The translations under genes were made by a program, and so were the position numbers. A stretch of DNA of 63,725 nt, filler included, from Reticulomyxa filosa (lineage: Eukaryota > Protista > Foraminifera), in the NCBI GenBank assembly GCA_000512085.1. It is 17 parts of 17 records of this genome, joined end to end, with 100 filler letters (N's around TTAATTAATTAA, not from the genome) between each part and the next. Parts side by side here need not be neighbours in the genome. Positions count along the whole stretch, not along the records: positions 25,577 to 28,841 come from ASPP01013140.1; positions 28,942 to 31,478 come from ASPP01025528.1; positions 31,579 to 33,474 come from ASPP01006885.1; positions 33,575 to 41,556 come from ASPP01023323.1; 13 more parts are not named here. One strand, given 5' to 3'. How positions within the stretch are numbered: the stretch's first letter is position 1; each line of letters starts with the position of its first letter. Below are positions 26,318 through 39,553 of this stretch, piece by piece. The notes under the pieces were generated by a model that worked only from the letters and a program-made list of their open reading frames with translations, made no database searches and had not been told where the DNA came from.

Positions 26318-26701
26318 ATAGACTTATGGCGAGCGGAATTAGAATCTCTTCTACGCAAATTCCGATTAAATATTAATGGTCCTTATCCCGTCAAGTCCAA
26401 TCGTCGTGAACCCACCAAGGAAACACTTGAGACATTCTGCCAATTGACCGGCTATGACATGGCCGAAAGCAAGAAGTGGAACAACACTCAACTGAAACGC
26501 TGGCTACGCGTAAGTGAGATGATTCGCACGTATTCGCACGAACAAAAATGCGTCTTTGTCACAGCGCCACATCCCAACTCATTCAAAGACTCGACAATAT
26601 ATCTTGGCGTGTTAGACATGGTAAGTCGCACACACGATAAAGGAGCTACTGTCTTGATCCGTGGCAACGGAGAGAATGTCTTAACTTTTTACTGGGAATA
26701 A
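25617..26701 (+). CDS. SLC12 cation-chloride cotransporter, C-terminal cytoplasmic domain (partial)
   Basis: IIDVWWLLDDGGLSLLVPHIL, LESLLRKFRL, RWLRVSEMIRTYS and VLIRGNGENVLTFY. Confidence 0.9.
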
Positions 26702-26760
26702 TACCTATCTCTTTGCTTTATAGTAAAACGATTCTCGGATCATAATCTGTCTTTGACGCA

Positions 26761-26763
26761 TGT

Positions 26764-26798
<35 letters not shown>
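26761..26798. repeat. (TG)n microsatellite
   Basis: Direct inspection. Confidence 0.9.
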
Positions 26799-26802
<4 letters not shown>

Positions 26803-26957
26803 GACCTGTAACGCCGTTTATCTTTTATTTTTATTTTTTTTTTTTGGGTGCTTATGAATTTTCGTTCCAGCTTGAATTTGAACAACCTTTTTGCAAGAAT
26901 TTCGAATCAGTGTGTGACATGTCACTGCGTTATGCTAAAAGTGGACTTTGTGGAGGG

Positions 26958-28195
26958 ATGAACATAGCAAAGTCAATTAAGAGGCTTTTTTCCAGAAAGA
27001 AAGAAATACCAATTTATTCGGTAATCTCTAATTTTATTCCAAAAAAAAAAAAAACAAAACAAAACAAAACAAAACAAGACAAAATAAAAACAAAAACAAA
27101 TTCATAAAAATTTTCACCAATATTTCACTAATTGACAAAACAGAGCGAAGAAGAGACTGACTTTGTTTTAGACAACTGGACTCGGGACATTGACAGAGGA
27201 TGGATCTATGATTTCAACAGAATTATTGCACGATATGCTAAGTGCATCTTTTTTCTTTGCTTATTTGTTTTGCTCGTTCGTTACCGCGAACAACATCAAC
27301 ACCTACATAGGCCAAGCGCTTAAAACAACTAAAAGCAATTCAAGGACATTCAGATTATGTGAGCAGTGCAAAATTTTCACCAGATGGCAGCAAAATTGTG
27401 TCAGCGTCTAATGACGAAACAGTCCGGATATGGGATGTAGAAACAGGAAATCTTCTTGTCATATTGGAAGGACATTTAACTTTTGTTAATGACGCAAAAT
27501 TTTCACCGGGAGGTGACATGATTGTGTCATGTTCAGGAGATAGTACAATTCGATTGTGGGATGTCAATTCAGGAAAAGAAATGACGAAATTGGAAGGACA
27601 TTCTCATAATGTGGTAAGTGCTCAATTTTCCCCAGATGGACATACTCTGGTTTCTGGCTCATGGGATAAAACAATTCGATTGTGGGATGTAAATTCTGGA
27701 GAAGAGATAAAAATACTAGGGCAGCATTCACGTTATGTGAGTAATGTGCATTTTTCATGTGATGGTCAACGGATTGTCTCATCTTCATGGGATAGCACAA
27801 TTGCAATATGGGATGTCAATTCTGGTAACAGACTGCATGAATTACTAGGGCATGTCAATGTTGTTATGAATACACAATTTGCACCAAATGGAAATTTGCT
27901 TGTTTCTTGCTCATGGGATCGCTCCATTCGAATATGGGATGCAAGTTCTGGAATAGAAGTACAAAAGCTCCGCTGGAATTCACAAACTGTTGCAGATGTG
28001 CGATTTTCACCAGATAGTCTAACTATTATTTCCTGTTCAAATGACAAAACAATCCGATGGTGGGATGTAACATCAGGACAACAAATACAGAAATTAGAAG
28101 GACATTTTAATGACATTACTGGGGTCGATTTTTCTCCAGACGGTAGTATGGTGGTATCATCATCTCATGACAAAACAATTCGAATATGGGGATGA
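26958..28195 (+). CDS. WD40-repeat protein (3 exons; second intron appears to be GC-AG)
   Basis: MNIAKSIKRLFSRKK exon; FVLDNWTRDIDRGWIYDFNRIIARY exon; then seven (LE)GH...FSPDG...SxSxDKTIRxWD repeats. Confidence 0.9.
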
Positions 28196-28819
28196 TTTTT
28201 ATTTAAAAAACAATTTAGGCGAGAAAAACAAAGTAATTGCATTGGAAATAGAGTCATTCGTTTATATGCCCTGTAAAAAAACAAAAAAAGATTGACTAAT
28301 TTAGCAATTTTGTGAATTCTATTTTGAACTTGCTCTATTCGTTTAAAAAAAAAATAGAAATATTTTTTTATGTTGTCCTTATTTTGAAAAATTTAAAAAG
28401 ATAGTGAGAAACATGGGACTATTTAACACAAAAAATGAAACATTTGAAGACGTCCGTGATAAACAAATAGCAAGTGGTGTTGGTATAGCAGTTTGACCGT
28501 GGATTAAAGGTAAGACATAATGCAATTGCTGTTTTTAACCTGTAGTCGTAAATATCTGTATCTGTATACTTTGAGTTTGTCAGTTCAGTGTGTAACTACG
28601 AAAGATATAATCAAATTTATGTACAAACAAAAAAAATGTTATCATGATCCAATGGATCCATTACTTTTAACCAATAAACAAAAAATTCTAGGATTGAACC
28701 CTTTTAAAAAACAAATTTCACCAAAATCACTAAAAAATGATGATGCAGCCATTATATATCCTATGACTGAATCGTATTGCACTCATTTGATTTCATTGTG
28801 ACTTATATTGAGTGTGAAA

Positions 28820-28841
28820 TACAGTAGATTGCAAAAAAAAC
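28820..28841 (+). mobile_element. Tc1/mariner-type TIR copy at contig end (TA-CAGTAGATTGCAAAAAAAAC)
   Basis: Matches the TIR family at 20381, 33642 and 46109; the contig breaks inside it. Confidence 0.6.
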
Positions 28842-30145
28842 NNNNNNNNNNNNNNNNNNNNNNNNNNNNNNNNNNNNNNNNNNNNTTAATTAATTAANNN
28901 NNNNNNNNNNNNNNNNNNNNNNNNNNNNNNNNNNNNNNNNNAACTCAATTTATCACATCACAAGGATTTGCTGTTATTGCGCCCGCTTCTCTTTCGTTTC
29001 ACCTGACGTTATAATTGTGATTGGGTCCATTGCTTGAGAAGGTACTTTTTTATATACATATTCAACACAACATCTTTATACGTATATTCATTATTTATTT
29101 GTATGTATGTGGTATGTGTTGATCGAAATTTTTTAATAGATATTTCAACGTGTACAATAAAGTTTTGGAACACGAACGGACAAGTTTTTGTTGTTACATT
29201 GCCATTTGTGCTGCAGCGAGTTCAGCAATAATGGAAATGGTGACAGCAACACCAACAGTAGCAATATCGATTGTTATGGTACATGAAAGCAAAAGTGGCA
29301 ACCCCATCGTCGAATTGTTGCTGATAGTAACCCAATTTATCGTCGAATCATGGCAGCCTTACTACAACGCACACGTCATTTCTTCAATAAAATTTATTTG
29401 TTCATCATTGAACAAATATCAATTGTAGTGACTGTGTGTATCAAATATGGATCATGGCAATGCGTTTTGAATAACGTATAATTTGGAAAAAAAATTGGAG
29501 GTCCATATCGTGTAATGTGGCCCATGATGGATTGAAAATGTAGCTAATGATTATAGTGATTATATGCGCAACCTTTATTCCAAGTTATAATGTTTTTTTA
29601 TGATGTGATTGAAACATATATGATCAATACCACGTATATAACATAGGTCTCCAAAGAATACAATACCTTTCGAGAAATTGGTTGCGGTACCAGTAAGCGA
29701 TAACGTGAGCTTCAAATAGCGCCAAGTTGGTGCATATTTCATTGCAAGTATTTAACACTTGCCTCAAATTTTTTGATTAAAAATTTGTCGTTTGATGAAG
29801 TGTGGTTGCTTTTGATTTTTTAATGATAATTTTAATGTCCTCCCTCCAGCTCACCTGATATCTTAATTAAATTTTGTTCATCGTAAAAAATTTCTGGACT
29901 TTAATATTTCGAATCTAAAAGGAAGTAGAAAATATGCAGATAGACTCGATTTGGTTTTCACTTGTGTGCATAGTGAGAATAAAACAAGTTGATGGCAATC
30001 TTATTAAAACAAAAGAGAAAAAGAAATAATTTTGGATTTTGATAACTCGAAATGTGACTTGAATTCTAACAATACTAGAAACAAGAACAAAACAGGCAAA
30101 AAAGGGGTGACTGACTTGTCCTCAAACTGCGTTGCTGTAGTTGAA

Positions 30146-31478
30146 ATGCTCCGTCGTACGTTCAGTGCGCGTCACATACCATCGATCTTGCAATTGCGTG
30201 TGTTAGGTTATCGTAGCTTCTCAGACGGGAAGACAGTATCCGAAGCAAATGAGCGCCTAAATGCGGTTCAAGCCAGCCAACCGCCGTCGCCAAGCCCAAC
30301 GCTATTGAGAGTGGACGTGCGTCGACCAGCAATTGAAGCTGACAAGCTGCGTCAAATAGAAACGCCATGTTTGCTAATGGACCTGGACGATTTGGACACA
30401 AATCTGAAGGCAATGAACGACTGGCTTCACACAGCAAACACTCAACAGCAACAGCAACAAAGCGCAAAAGCGAATCATAATGCACGTATACGTCCTCATT
30501 TGAAATCGCACAGCTGTAGTGCACTGAGTTTCTACCAGATGAAAGAGCACCGCAAATATTGCAACAACAAATTGTGTGTGAGCAGTATGTCTGACGCGGA
30601 AGCGTTGATGAATAGCGCAACGAGTCTTTGCAGCAATACGCGTATGGAAGAAATTTTGCTGACGGGTATAATCATTGAAGTGCACAAGATACGTCGCGCA
30701 TTGCAGTTGACAAAGCAGCGTTTCCAAGACCATCAACTGAAGCAGTCTTTCGTCAGTGACGACCCGTTCCAAATCCACGTGTGGAACCACCTCATCATCA
30801 AAGCCTCGTACTTGCACCCTCGCTTCCCATTGGAAGCACTTATGCACCCAGCAATCCACCAAGATACCAAGCACCACCAATGCTCGGTTCGAGTCTCGGG
30901 GATTAACATAACATACTTTCACATTATTGCATAAAAGAGAACCCAAAAAATTTTTTTTTTTAATATACATGCATATAATATATACATATATATATGTATA
31001 TATTGTATTTGAAAGGGTTTGAGCTGTACGGATCAATGAGGGCAAAGGCAATTGCGAAAGAATATTACTATGATTTGATCGGTCAATTCCAATTCGAAGA
31101 CTCGGTTAAATATGCTATCAATGTCGTCGATGCTGGAAATCAAACATTGAAAATAAAGCCAAATGAACCGATCACCATTCAGGTGACTCGCAAATATATC
31201 CCCGATTATTTGCTTCGGTCTTCTGCGAGTGGTCACAATGAAGAAGTTTTTGAAGGGAAAAAGGAGGAGGACGTGAAACGACAAAATGAAAATGTCACTG
31301 TTGAAAATGATGAAATGGTAAGTAATCAATGGTACTTCTCTTGTGTCAATGACTACGGAATGATTTCATGAAAAACCATCGCCAATTCCAATGACATTGA
31401 AAATGATATTTTGGATATTGGTACAAAAGTGCAAATCGCACTTGTCCCTCCTTCTCTTACACCCACAATATTTCATTG
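30146..31478 (+). CDS. D-serine dehydratase / D-threonine aldolase-like PLP protein (alanine-racemase barrel), mitochondrial-type presequence; in-frame TGA at 31369-31371; 3' end truncated
   Basis: IETPCLLMDLDDLDTNLKAM...IRPHLKSH (PLP Lys), VSSMSDAEAL, VVDAG, and LDIGTKVQI..P..PT in frame after the TGA. Confidence 0.75.
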
Positions 31479-31704
31479 NNNNNNNNNNNNNNNNNNNNNN
31501 NNNNNNNNNNNNNNNNNNNNNNTTAATTAATTAANNNNNNNNNNNNNNNNNNNNNNNNNNNNNNNNNNNNNNNNNNNNTTCTTCTCCTCCCCTCCCCCCC
31601 TCCCCTTCCTCCTTTATTTTGACAAAGTTTTACTTTTTTTTTTTTTTTTTTGGAAAAAAAAAAAAAAGGAAGCATCAACTGATGAAGATTTATCGGTTGA
31701 TTCA

Positions 31705-32139
31705 ATGGATATAGAGAGAATGATAAGTAAGAAGTCCAAATCCTATCAAAAGGACAGCGATGATGACAATAGTTTTAGCAATATGTATACTCGCTATCCT
31801 TACATTAGTACTTATGACAATAAAAATTATAACACCAATAATAATAACGACAACAACAATATTAAAAACACTAATAATGATAACAACAACAATAATAATA
31901 CTAATAACAATAGTAAAAGTAATAATGATAATGGTAATAATAACTCAGCCTTGCCATCGGCTTTGTGTCTCATTTGCTGTGAAAATGCTGCTGATATCGT
32001 CTTTGTCCCTTGCGGACATATCTGTGTGTGTGAATCTTGCTCGAAACCTTTGAAGCAAGATACGCCGCCGACATGCATTGTTTGTCGTCAAACTGTTTCC
32101 ATTTTTCAAAAAATTTACACGTGTGGAGAGATTATGTGA
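31705..32139 (+). CDS. C-terminal C3HC4 RING finger protein (IAP/Giide-like), partial
   Basis: CLICCENAADIVFVPCGHICVCESCSKPL...CIVCRQTV. Confidence 0.9.
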   Translation: MDIERMISKKSKSYQKDSDDDNSFSNMYTRYPYISTYDNKNYNTNNNNDNNNIKNTNNDNNNNNNTNNNSKSNNDNGNNNSALPSALCLICCENAADIVFVPCGHICVCESCSKPLKQDTPPTCIVCRQTVSIFQKIYTCGEIM

Positions 32140-32444
32140 TTTGTTGATCTTTTGTTGTTGTTGTTCTTTGAGTTTCCGGATTTACCTTTCGTATATTACT
32201 CATTCGACAATTTGCCCGACTTTGTGTACGTGTTTTTTTTTTTTTTTGGTCTTCACTTCTATCAACTAGTAATTATTCCACCATGAGTTTCCTTAAAAGA
32301 CTACATGGGGCAGTTTAAAGGATTTGTGTGTCTTCTGCTGTTACATCGTAATTAAAAACATGTGGGCCACTTCAAGTCAAATTACCAAAGCAATTTTGAC
32401 AAACCGAAAGGGTCTATCAGTCACTTTTTCAGCTACAAAAGGTA

Positions 32445-32650
32445 ATCACAATCCATACAATTTGTCAAATAATAAGGATGCAGCGAACTAATAAATTGTT
32501 GAATATTTAACAATTGATCATCAAATTTCAAATAAGCTAATTTATTCTTATAAATATTGCAATAATTTGGAGCTGAAAATATTGTTATTATACGAGGAAT
32601 ATTTATTTGTTCAATGATAAATTGCATTTTGTATTCATCAAATTGTAGTT
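32445..32650 (-). pseudogene. Calcineurin A (PP2B catalytic subunit) fragment
   Basis: PRIITIFSAPNYCNIYKNKLAYLKFDDQLLNIQQFISSLHPYYLTNCMD matches calcineurin ITIFSAPNY...NIRQF..SPHPYWLPNFMD; isolated and degraded. Confidence 0.75.
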
Positions 32651-33641
32651 TAATATGAAGACAGTATCAGTTTGAATTTGTTTGAAAGTTCAACGTTCTG
32701 GGGAGTTTTATGGTCAGGTTTTTTTTTTAGTTTTAAAGTAAATTGCTTAATCTTAGCAGTATATTTACTTTTTCATTTACTGCTTGAAGATTCATGCAGT
32801 TTTATTTTAATGACAAAGTCTTACAAAATTGAACTAAAATAATGCGAACTTTCATGACATCAAATGTGGTTAGTAAAAAAAAAAAGTTTTATGCAAAGAT
32901 GACATACTTTTGTAGGAAGATTGAGGTAGCATCAAGTGTAATAAGACAGTAATTACTGAAAGGTGTTTTCAAAAGGCAAACAAAAGTAGTTAAATAATCA
33001 AGATAAACAACTCACTTACAAACAATAAAAAAACAGAAAAGCGAAAGAAAAAAGAATTGAATGTTGTTGATGAAAAAAGGGTTCTATCGCTCATATAAAG
33101 CTTCTACTGTAATTAGTAAAATGTTGCAATACAATTTCACCTTGATTTTTTTTAAAAACAATTCTGCGAGCTAAAAATATTGTGACAAACAGATCAGAAA
33201 AAAAAAATTTTGTTAAAAGCAACTCCAGTTTCATGTAATGATTTTGCAATGAGCTGATATTGAATTGTGTTCATCGTAGAAGAATTCTGATTACAGATTT
33301 GGATTCCCCACGATCTCTAGTATATATAAATGAAAAAATCATGATTGAATTTTGATGATTGAATTTTATTGACTCAATGATGTCACAACCTATCCCAATG
33401 TAAAAAGTAAGGTTAATGAAAAAACGCGTTTTTATTGATGATAGAGATTCCAAAATGGATTTTTTCTTTCATATNNNNNNNNNNNNNNNNNNNNNNNNNN
33501 NNNNNNNNNNNNNNNNNNTTAATTAATTAANNNNNNNNNNNNNNNNNNNNNNNNNNNNNNNNNNNNNNNNNNNNTTAAGTCTGAATGTTTATTTTTCATT
33601 GAGAAAATCAATTATCATCATAAGATATTGCTTTATGAGTT

Positions 33642-33665
33642 CAGTTTTCTTTGCAACCTACTGTA
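33642..33665 (-). mobile_element. Tc1/mariner-type TIR copy near contig start
   Basis: CAGTTTTCTTTGCAACCTACTGTA, nearly identical to 20389-20411. Confidence 0.6.
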
Positions 33666-34804
33666 CTTACAAACGACAAATAGTTACAACATGTGTATAA
33701 TCCACATTAACAACAACAAACAAAAGTCACACTGTAAGCCATATAAACAATAATTATCGTTAGCTATATTGAGCCAACTTGTACAAATGCATATTGACTT
33801 TTTCCAATTCTAAAAAAATGAAATAAAATTTTGATTATTCGTTTAATTTTTTTAATGCTTAGTCATTATACACATTTGATAACAGTAATTCATTATTTTT
33901 TTTATTGCTACGATATAATCTTTTGAATCTGTTAGATATTTTTTTTTAATACATAATAATATATATAGTTAATTTAAAAAATAATCAATAAAGTGTAGCT
34001 TGATATCTTCGATTACAGTACGTTTTTTAATCATCGTTGATTTTGGAGTTGCAAATTATCAACGAATATATTTGATGTTTTAATGTCGACTTCTCATTCA
34101 ACAATATGTATGCAATGTTCGCTTGCGGATTATTAGAACCAGTGTTTGCGTTGAATGTCGATAATTTTGAAATCTTTATTGTTGATTGTGTTTTTATTTT
34201 TTTGAACAAAAAAAAATTATGGTAGTCATTTGCTAATCACAACCAAGTGTACACAAAAAGCATTGCACAACTTCAGTTTTTTTTTTAACAGCACTTAAAC
34301 GACGAAGAAGCTATCTACGCATGACAGTCAATTTAGTAAAATTTAAATTCAACGTTAATTTTTATGAAAAACGTGTGCCACATTCGTTAAGTTGCTTTTT
34401 AAAAAACTAAAGAACAAATTTGATATAGTTGACTTAATAGTGAGAATTGATAATGATGTTTTAAGGTTAGGTAACAATTTATTTTTGGTATTACATTGGG
34501 ATATATTAATTTGAAAGAATCGTCGAAAGTCACTTGAATGAAGTTTTTGCCTTCAATAAATACAGCTTTTGCCTCTTTATGGTAAATATTTAAACCCTTA
34601 AACTTTTTAATATTATATTAAAGTCTTTTTTTTTTGCTACAAGAAAGCCGAGTTGAGACAGTTATATTGGATGCACGAATACCGAAAGAAATGTTGCCCG
34701 AAAAAAAAGAGGAAGGTAACAGTTTGCCCCTAAAAAACGAAAAAACGTGAATTTTGCATGTTTTGTCTTTTTTAAAGACAGAATTGGAAACCTTAGCATT
34801 TTTT

Positions 34805-35841
34805 TTACGATTTTTCAGTATCCGATGGATTTTTACTTTGTTCTTTTTCAATTTTTTGTTGTACTTTTTGAAGAGCATCAAGGCTTATTTTTTCCAGTCT
34901 TTGAAGCTCTGCTGCATTTGCTTCTACAATTTCCTTAACCTGACAAAGTCACACCATACACGTATCAAAAGACTTAAGCACCGTTAATTTTTTAAAAAAT
35001 TTTAAAAAAAGTTCAATTTTCAGAACTTCAGGAACATAAAATTTCAGCATTCTCTCGATACCATCACGTAAAGTCGCTTGACTGGAAGCACAGCCTTTGC
35101 ATGCTCCACTCATTTCTAGATAAACAGTCCCAGTTTCGTGATTAAAGCTTTTGAAGATAACATCTCCGCCGTCGTATTGTACATTGGGACGAATACGTGT
35201 GTCGAGAAGCTCTCTGATGATCGCCACAACTTCGTCATCATCGTCGTACTTTCCAGTGTCATCTTTGACGTTATAGCCGTCCTCTAACACTGGTTTCGAC
35301 GCTGATCATTTTCATTTATTTTCAACATTCTTTTTTAAAAAAAAGGGGGTGTAGAGACTAGATATAACATAAAAAAAAATTAAATACACAGCAAGAAGTC
35401 GTTAATGACGGCCACAACAGAGCCTTGGATATCTGGCCATTTTGAAGTATCGTCCACAGAGACTGTTACATATGTGTTGGTCAAAAAAACATTGGTTATG
35501 CCGTCGTTTATTGCAAATATCTCTTTTGCCAATGGGGATTTTTTCATTGCATCTTTCTTGTTGCTTATGTCAAGTGTCACGTTTTCTTCTGGTAGCACTT
35601 GACGGCCTGTTGGCACAAATTTCAATGATAACACGTTTGGCGTCTTTTCAATTTGCACAAATATACCACGACGAGATTGCTGGTAGGCCGAGGTAGATGG
35701 GCTACTGTTATTTTTTGCTCTTGGAAATTGTTTGTTTCGAGGAAACTGAAGCCCTAAGCTTTGAGAAAAACCACGAGAATGACGATAACAGATTAAACTC
35801 TTACAAAATTTGCCAGTTCTTCCTGGAATTATACGATACAT
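34805..35841 (-). CDS. NFU1: Mitochondrial Fe-S cluster scaffold NFU1 (3 exons)
   Basis: [18 protein letters not shown]...SPLAKEIF (N-domain); [20 protein letters not shown]...[30 protein letters not shown] (NifU CxxC). Confidence 0.95.
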
Positions 35842-36328
35842 ATTATTAAGCTTATTTGAGAAGGAAATGAGACGAGACGTATCCATTTCAACAATTTGAC
35901 TCAAAAATATTTACTAGGGACAGGCCCCCTTTGTCAGGTGGTTTGTCGTTTAGTTTTGTTGCAATAATCTCATCACAATTTTTATCCACTTTTGAATTGC
36001 TTAGAAAAATTTTTCGTCATAACAAGATATAATCGGTTCTTTTTCTTTTGTGGGAAAAACGCTATATTGTAAATATCCTTTTTAGAAAAAGTGATTTTCC
36101 ATTTGCAACGGGTGACAAGAAATGCGCATATGAATAACGGCGGTTAACATAGTTTTCTTTTTTTTATCAACAAACCGTACTTTTTATGTGCGAAAAAACG
36201 ACAAAAATTTTTTCTCACAAAACAAGCCAAAAAATTTTCCTTTGGCTGCTCATGATTATTTAACTTTGTACTTAGAAAGAATCAACAACTAAAAAAAAAG
36301 TCTCAAAGCCAAAATCCCAACTATTTTG

Positions 36329-36961
36329 TTATTCTTGGGATTTTTCAACCATTTTCACACCTTGTAATCTTCCTAATCTTGCCAAATGCGAGTTGAAAAA
36401 CAATCCACCAAAGCCAATATTTGGAGTTTGGGTTTCTTCATCCTCGGTTTCAGCAGAGCAGCAGGAGTTAATTTGGGTCTGTTAAAAAATTTATCGAAAG
36501 CAAAATGTTTTTCTTTTTCGATGCTCCAGAAAAATAACGTATACAAAAGATTTAAAAAAACTTACAATGACATAAGCATTGCTGTTGGCTGGGGAAGGAC
36601 CACAGCATTTGTTGTTGTAATAAAGTGGTTCCGGGCTAGTGGCAGCTTTGGTGCAGGCGCTATCAGTGTAATAAGTCAACTGGATGGCATCGGTGCCTAC
36701 ACAGTTCCAAATGTAATAGGGATAGTTTGCATTTTCCTATCGCCAAAAATCAAGTTCAACTTTTGCATATTAGGAACATACAGCAAAACAGAGAAATATT
36801 TTCTTAACTCCTTTTTGGCAAACTCCTGGCACTTGGTTAGCAAAGTTCTTGGATTGGACTTTTATTGTACACTTGTTGTTCAAGTAACCAGTTACTGCAA
36901 ACGTACAAGCATGACCGGCCACAAACAATACTGCTAAAGCCAACAAAACAAGGTTTTTCAT
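36329..36961 (-). CDS. Small secreted cysteine-rich protein (3 exons, ~150 aa), no recognised family
   Basis: Signal peptide MKNLVLLALAVLFVAGHA. Two phase-0 GT-AG introns give an open product CTFAVTGYLNNKC...CQKG-ENANYPYYIWNCVGTDAIQLTYYTDSACT...CCGP...YVI-TQINSCCSAE...KSQE*. Confidence 0.75.
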
Positions 36962-37410
36962 AGTGGAATTAGGCTGTTGGAATAAGTTCTTTGAACAAAA
37001 AATCAAAACAATACCAAAAACTAACCAAAAAACTAGCTTTTTTTTGTTGTGTCACTTTTTAACTAGTGCAAACTTCAAACAGTCAAAAAAAAAATTTTAT
37101 AAAAATAAAGAGATTTGATCAATAAACAACATAATTGCATGGAATGATAAAATTTTACACTTGGATAGTAAGAGGTTATGAAAGCGTTGAGTATATAGCT
37201 GTTTCAACGAGTTTTTTATTTTAACACAAATAGGGATGCACGAAAGTAATTTAGAGTTGCTAATCCATGCATCTCTCTTCAAAAAATGGGACACAAAAAG
37301 AAGTACCTTTTTTTGGGCTAGCAATTTTTTGCTTTGTGACAACCCTCAGTTCTTGATTTATTGCAGCACGAGGCCTCCTCTAGATTAAAAAGCTCTTCTC
37401 CCCCTCTGAC

Positions 37411-38988
37411 ATGCGTGGACCATTTTTCCGCCCTCGTGTTGTCTCTATTTTGTTGGACAAAAAAATATGGCGTTCAGCGTTGTTTAACGGTGCGTGTGGG
37501 TTCTCAGTGGGGGCACTTTTGACACTGTTTCGTTATGGACAAGCGTTGACCACAAAAAGTAAAGAATCAGCGAAGCGGCAAATCCAGCGACTAAAAAAAG
37601 AATGGGCAAGCAGCCTGACAAGTTATCCATTATTTCTGTCAGCATTGACATATAGTGTAAAGTTAACTCATCGCCTGCTCTTTCAAGCCAATGGGCTGAG
37701 TGGTGATGAATTATGGAAAATTCCAGTGTATTGCAGCACGTCATTTTTGTCGTGCTTTGTTTGTCAAGCCTATTTCCCTGTGTTGTCCTGGGATTGGTGT
37801 TTGTACATGTTACTGCGTAGCCTCTTTAGTTTGTACAAGCACATTATGCCAAGCTATCTTATACTCAACCCCAGATACGCGTACGGTATTGCGTTAGGGT
37901 ATCTCGGCGTAGTCGGATCTCAGCGCATTAAATTTACACCTCCCAGCTATATTCAGTACTTTAATTCCGGTGTGCAAAAAAAAAAAAAAAAGGGGGGGGA
38001 GGGACATAAAATGCAAAAGGGGGAAGAAAGGGGAGGGTCTTTTTTTTTTTTTTGGAAAAACAAATATTAATACATCTTTTTTTTTTAAAAAAAAAAAAAA
38101 AAAAAAGCGTCAATTCTCGTTGTGGACAAAGTTCATGCGACTTATGGCGTTGAACACGGAATATTGGCTCCTTGCCATGTATCCTTGCATCATCAAAGGG
38201 AGTACTCCTCTTCCAAGATATTTGCACTGGAGAATGTGACAGGCAAAGGAAATGGGAGCGAGGATGACGCCAAGACTGATGGTGAGAAGAAAGAGACAAA
38301 GTCAACATTGCAGCGGGTACCCAGTCGGAATAGTCTCGAAGAAAACTATCAGCCGATTGCTTGTTTGCAGTCATTGTTGATAGATGGTTTCTATCGTTTT
38401 TGCAACGGTCTGAGGTTTTACGGGAAATTTTTCGGGGTATTTGGCGGCATTGAATTGGTTGTCGCCATTGTGCAGCGCTTGCAGCGTAAACAAAACACAG
38501 CTCAACTTATTGTACAATTGTTCAAGATATTCAAATCATACGTGCAGTCGGTGATTGGCAATGCTACATTTTTAATTCTCGCATACCATGTGCAAGAAAG
38601 ACATGTCTGCTTATGGCGCTTTTTGTTGTACTGTTATCATCGCTTGTGGAGAAAAGATAACTTGACTGTCATTGCATATCGCCAAAAACTCCTTTTTTTT
38701 GCTTTGAGTCAAATATTTGGATATCTGTCCATTTCTTGTGTACCTTCCGAAAGCAGAAAAACTGACTTTGGTCTTTTCACATTCTCGAAAGCAGTCGAGA
38801 CACATATACGATGGAAATGCAACGTAGAAACAAATGACGATTATCACTCCCACCCACTTTTAGGAAATACATATTTTAGTGCTTTGTTGTTGGCAACTGC
38901 ATTTGGAATTGGAGTGTACTTATATCATTTTAATAAGCGTACTCTCAAGTCTGTTGAAAGAAAGTTGTACTCAAACTTGTTAGAATGA
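37411..38988 (+). CDS. TMEM135-like multi-pass membrane protein
   Basis: Multiple TM segments; DWCLYMLLRSL, TPPSYIQY, LAPCHVSLH and SRKTDFGLFTFSKAVET resemble TMEM135 motifs. Confidence 0.6.
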
Positions 38989-39553
38989 TTTCAACGAGAG
39001 AGAATTTTTTTTTTTGTTGGAAAAATAAAGCAAACAGAAAGTTTTGCTAAAGGGTTTGCGAGTTATTTTGTGTTTTTTTACTTCTTTTTATAATGGGTGC
39101 TTTCTTTTTTTTTCCTTTTTTTTTGCTTGTCACGTGTTTGTAAACAAATACACATTAATTGGACGAGGCATTTCATAACATTGAGATATTCCAACTGACC
39201 ACGCAAGGACACCTCCATGCTCGAAGAAATTTTTTGTTGAACGAGGGGAGGACAAGAACGAGAATTTGATAGCACAAAACGAGGTCGACAAACCAAAACT
39301 GAAACCCACAAAAGAAAAAGGGTGGGTAGCTTTTGAACATCACAAAACAGAACAAACAAAATATTTTCTTTTTTGTTTTGCAACAGAAAACAACGAACAC
39401 ATGAAGAAAAAAATACAGAGAAAAAACTTTAAAAAATTGAAAATAAACAAAAATGACAACGAACAACCGCTAGTAATACAATTACTGTTTTTATATTTTT
39501 TTCTTTATTGAAAGGTTAAAATAAATGATTGTGTGTAAAGTATTCTCAAATGC

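Noticed and set aside
29000-29750. Possible methyltransferase remnant (FREIGCGT)
   Set aside because: A single short motif amid stops; insufficient support.
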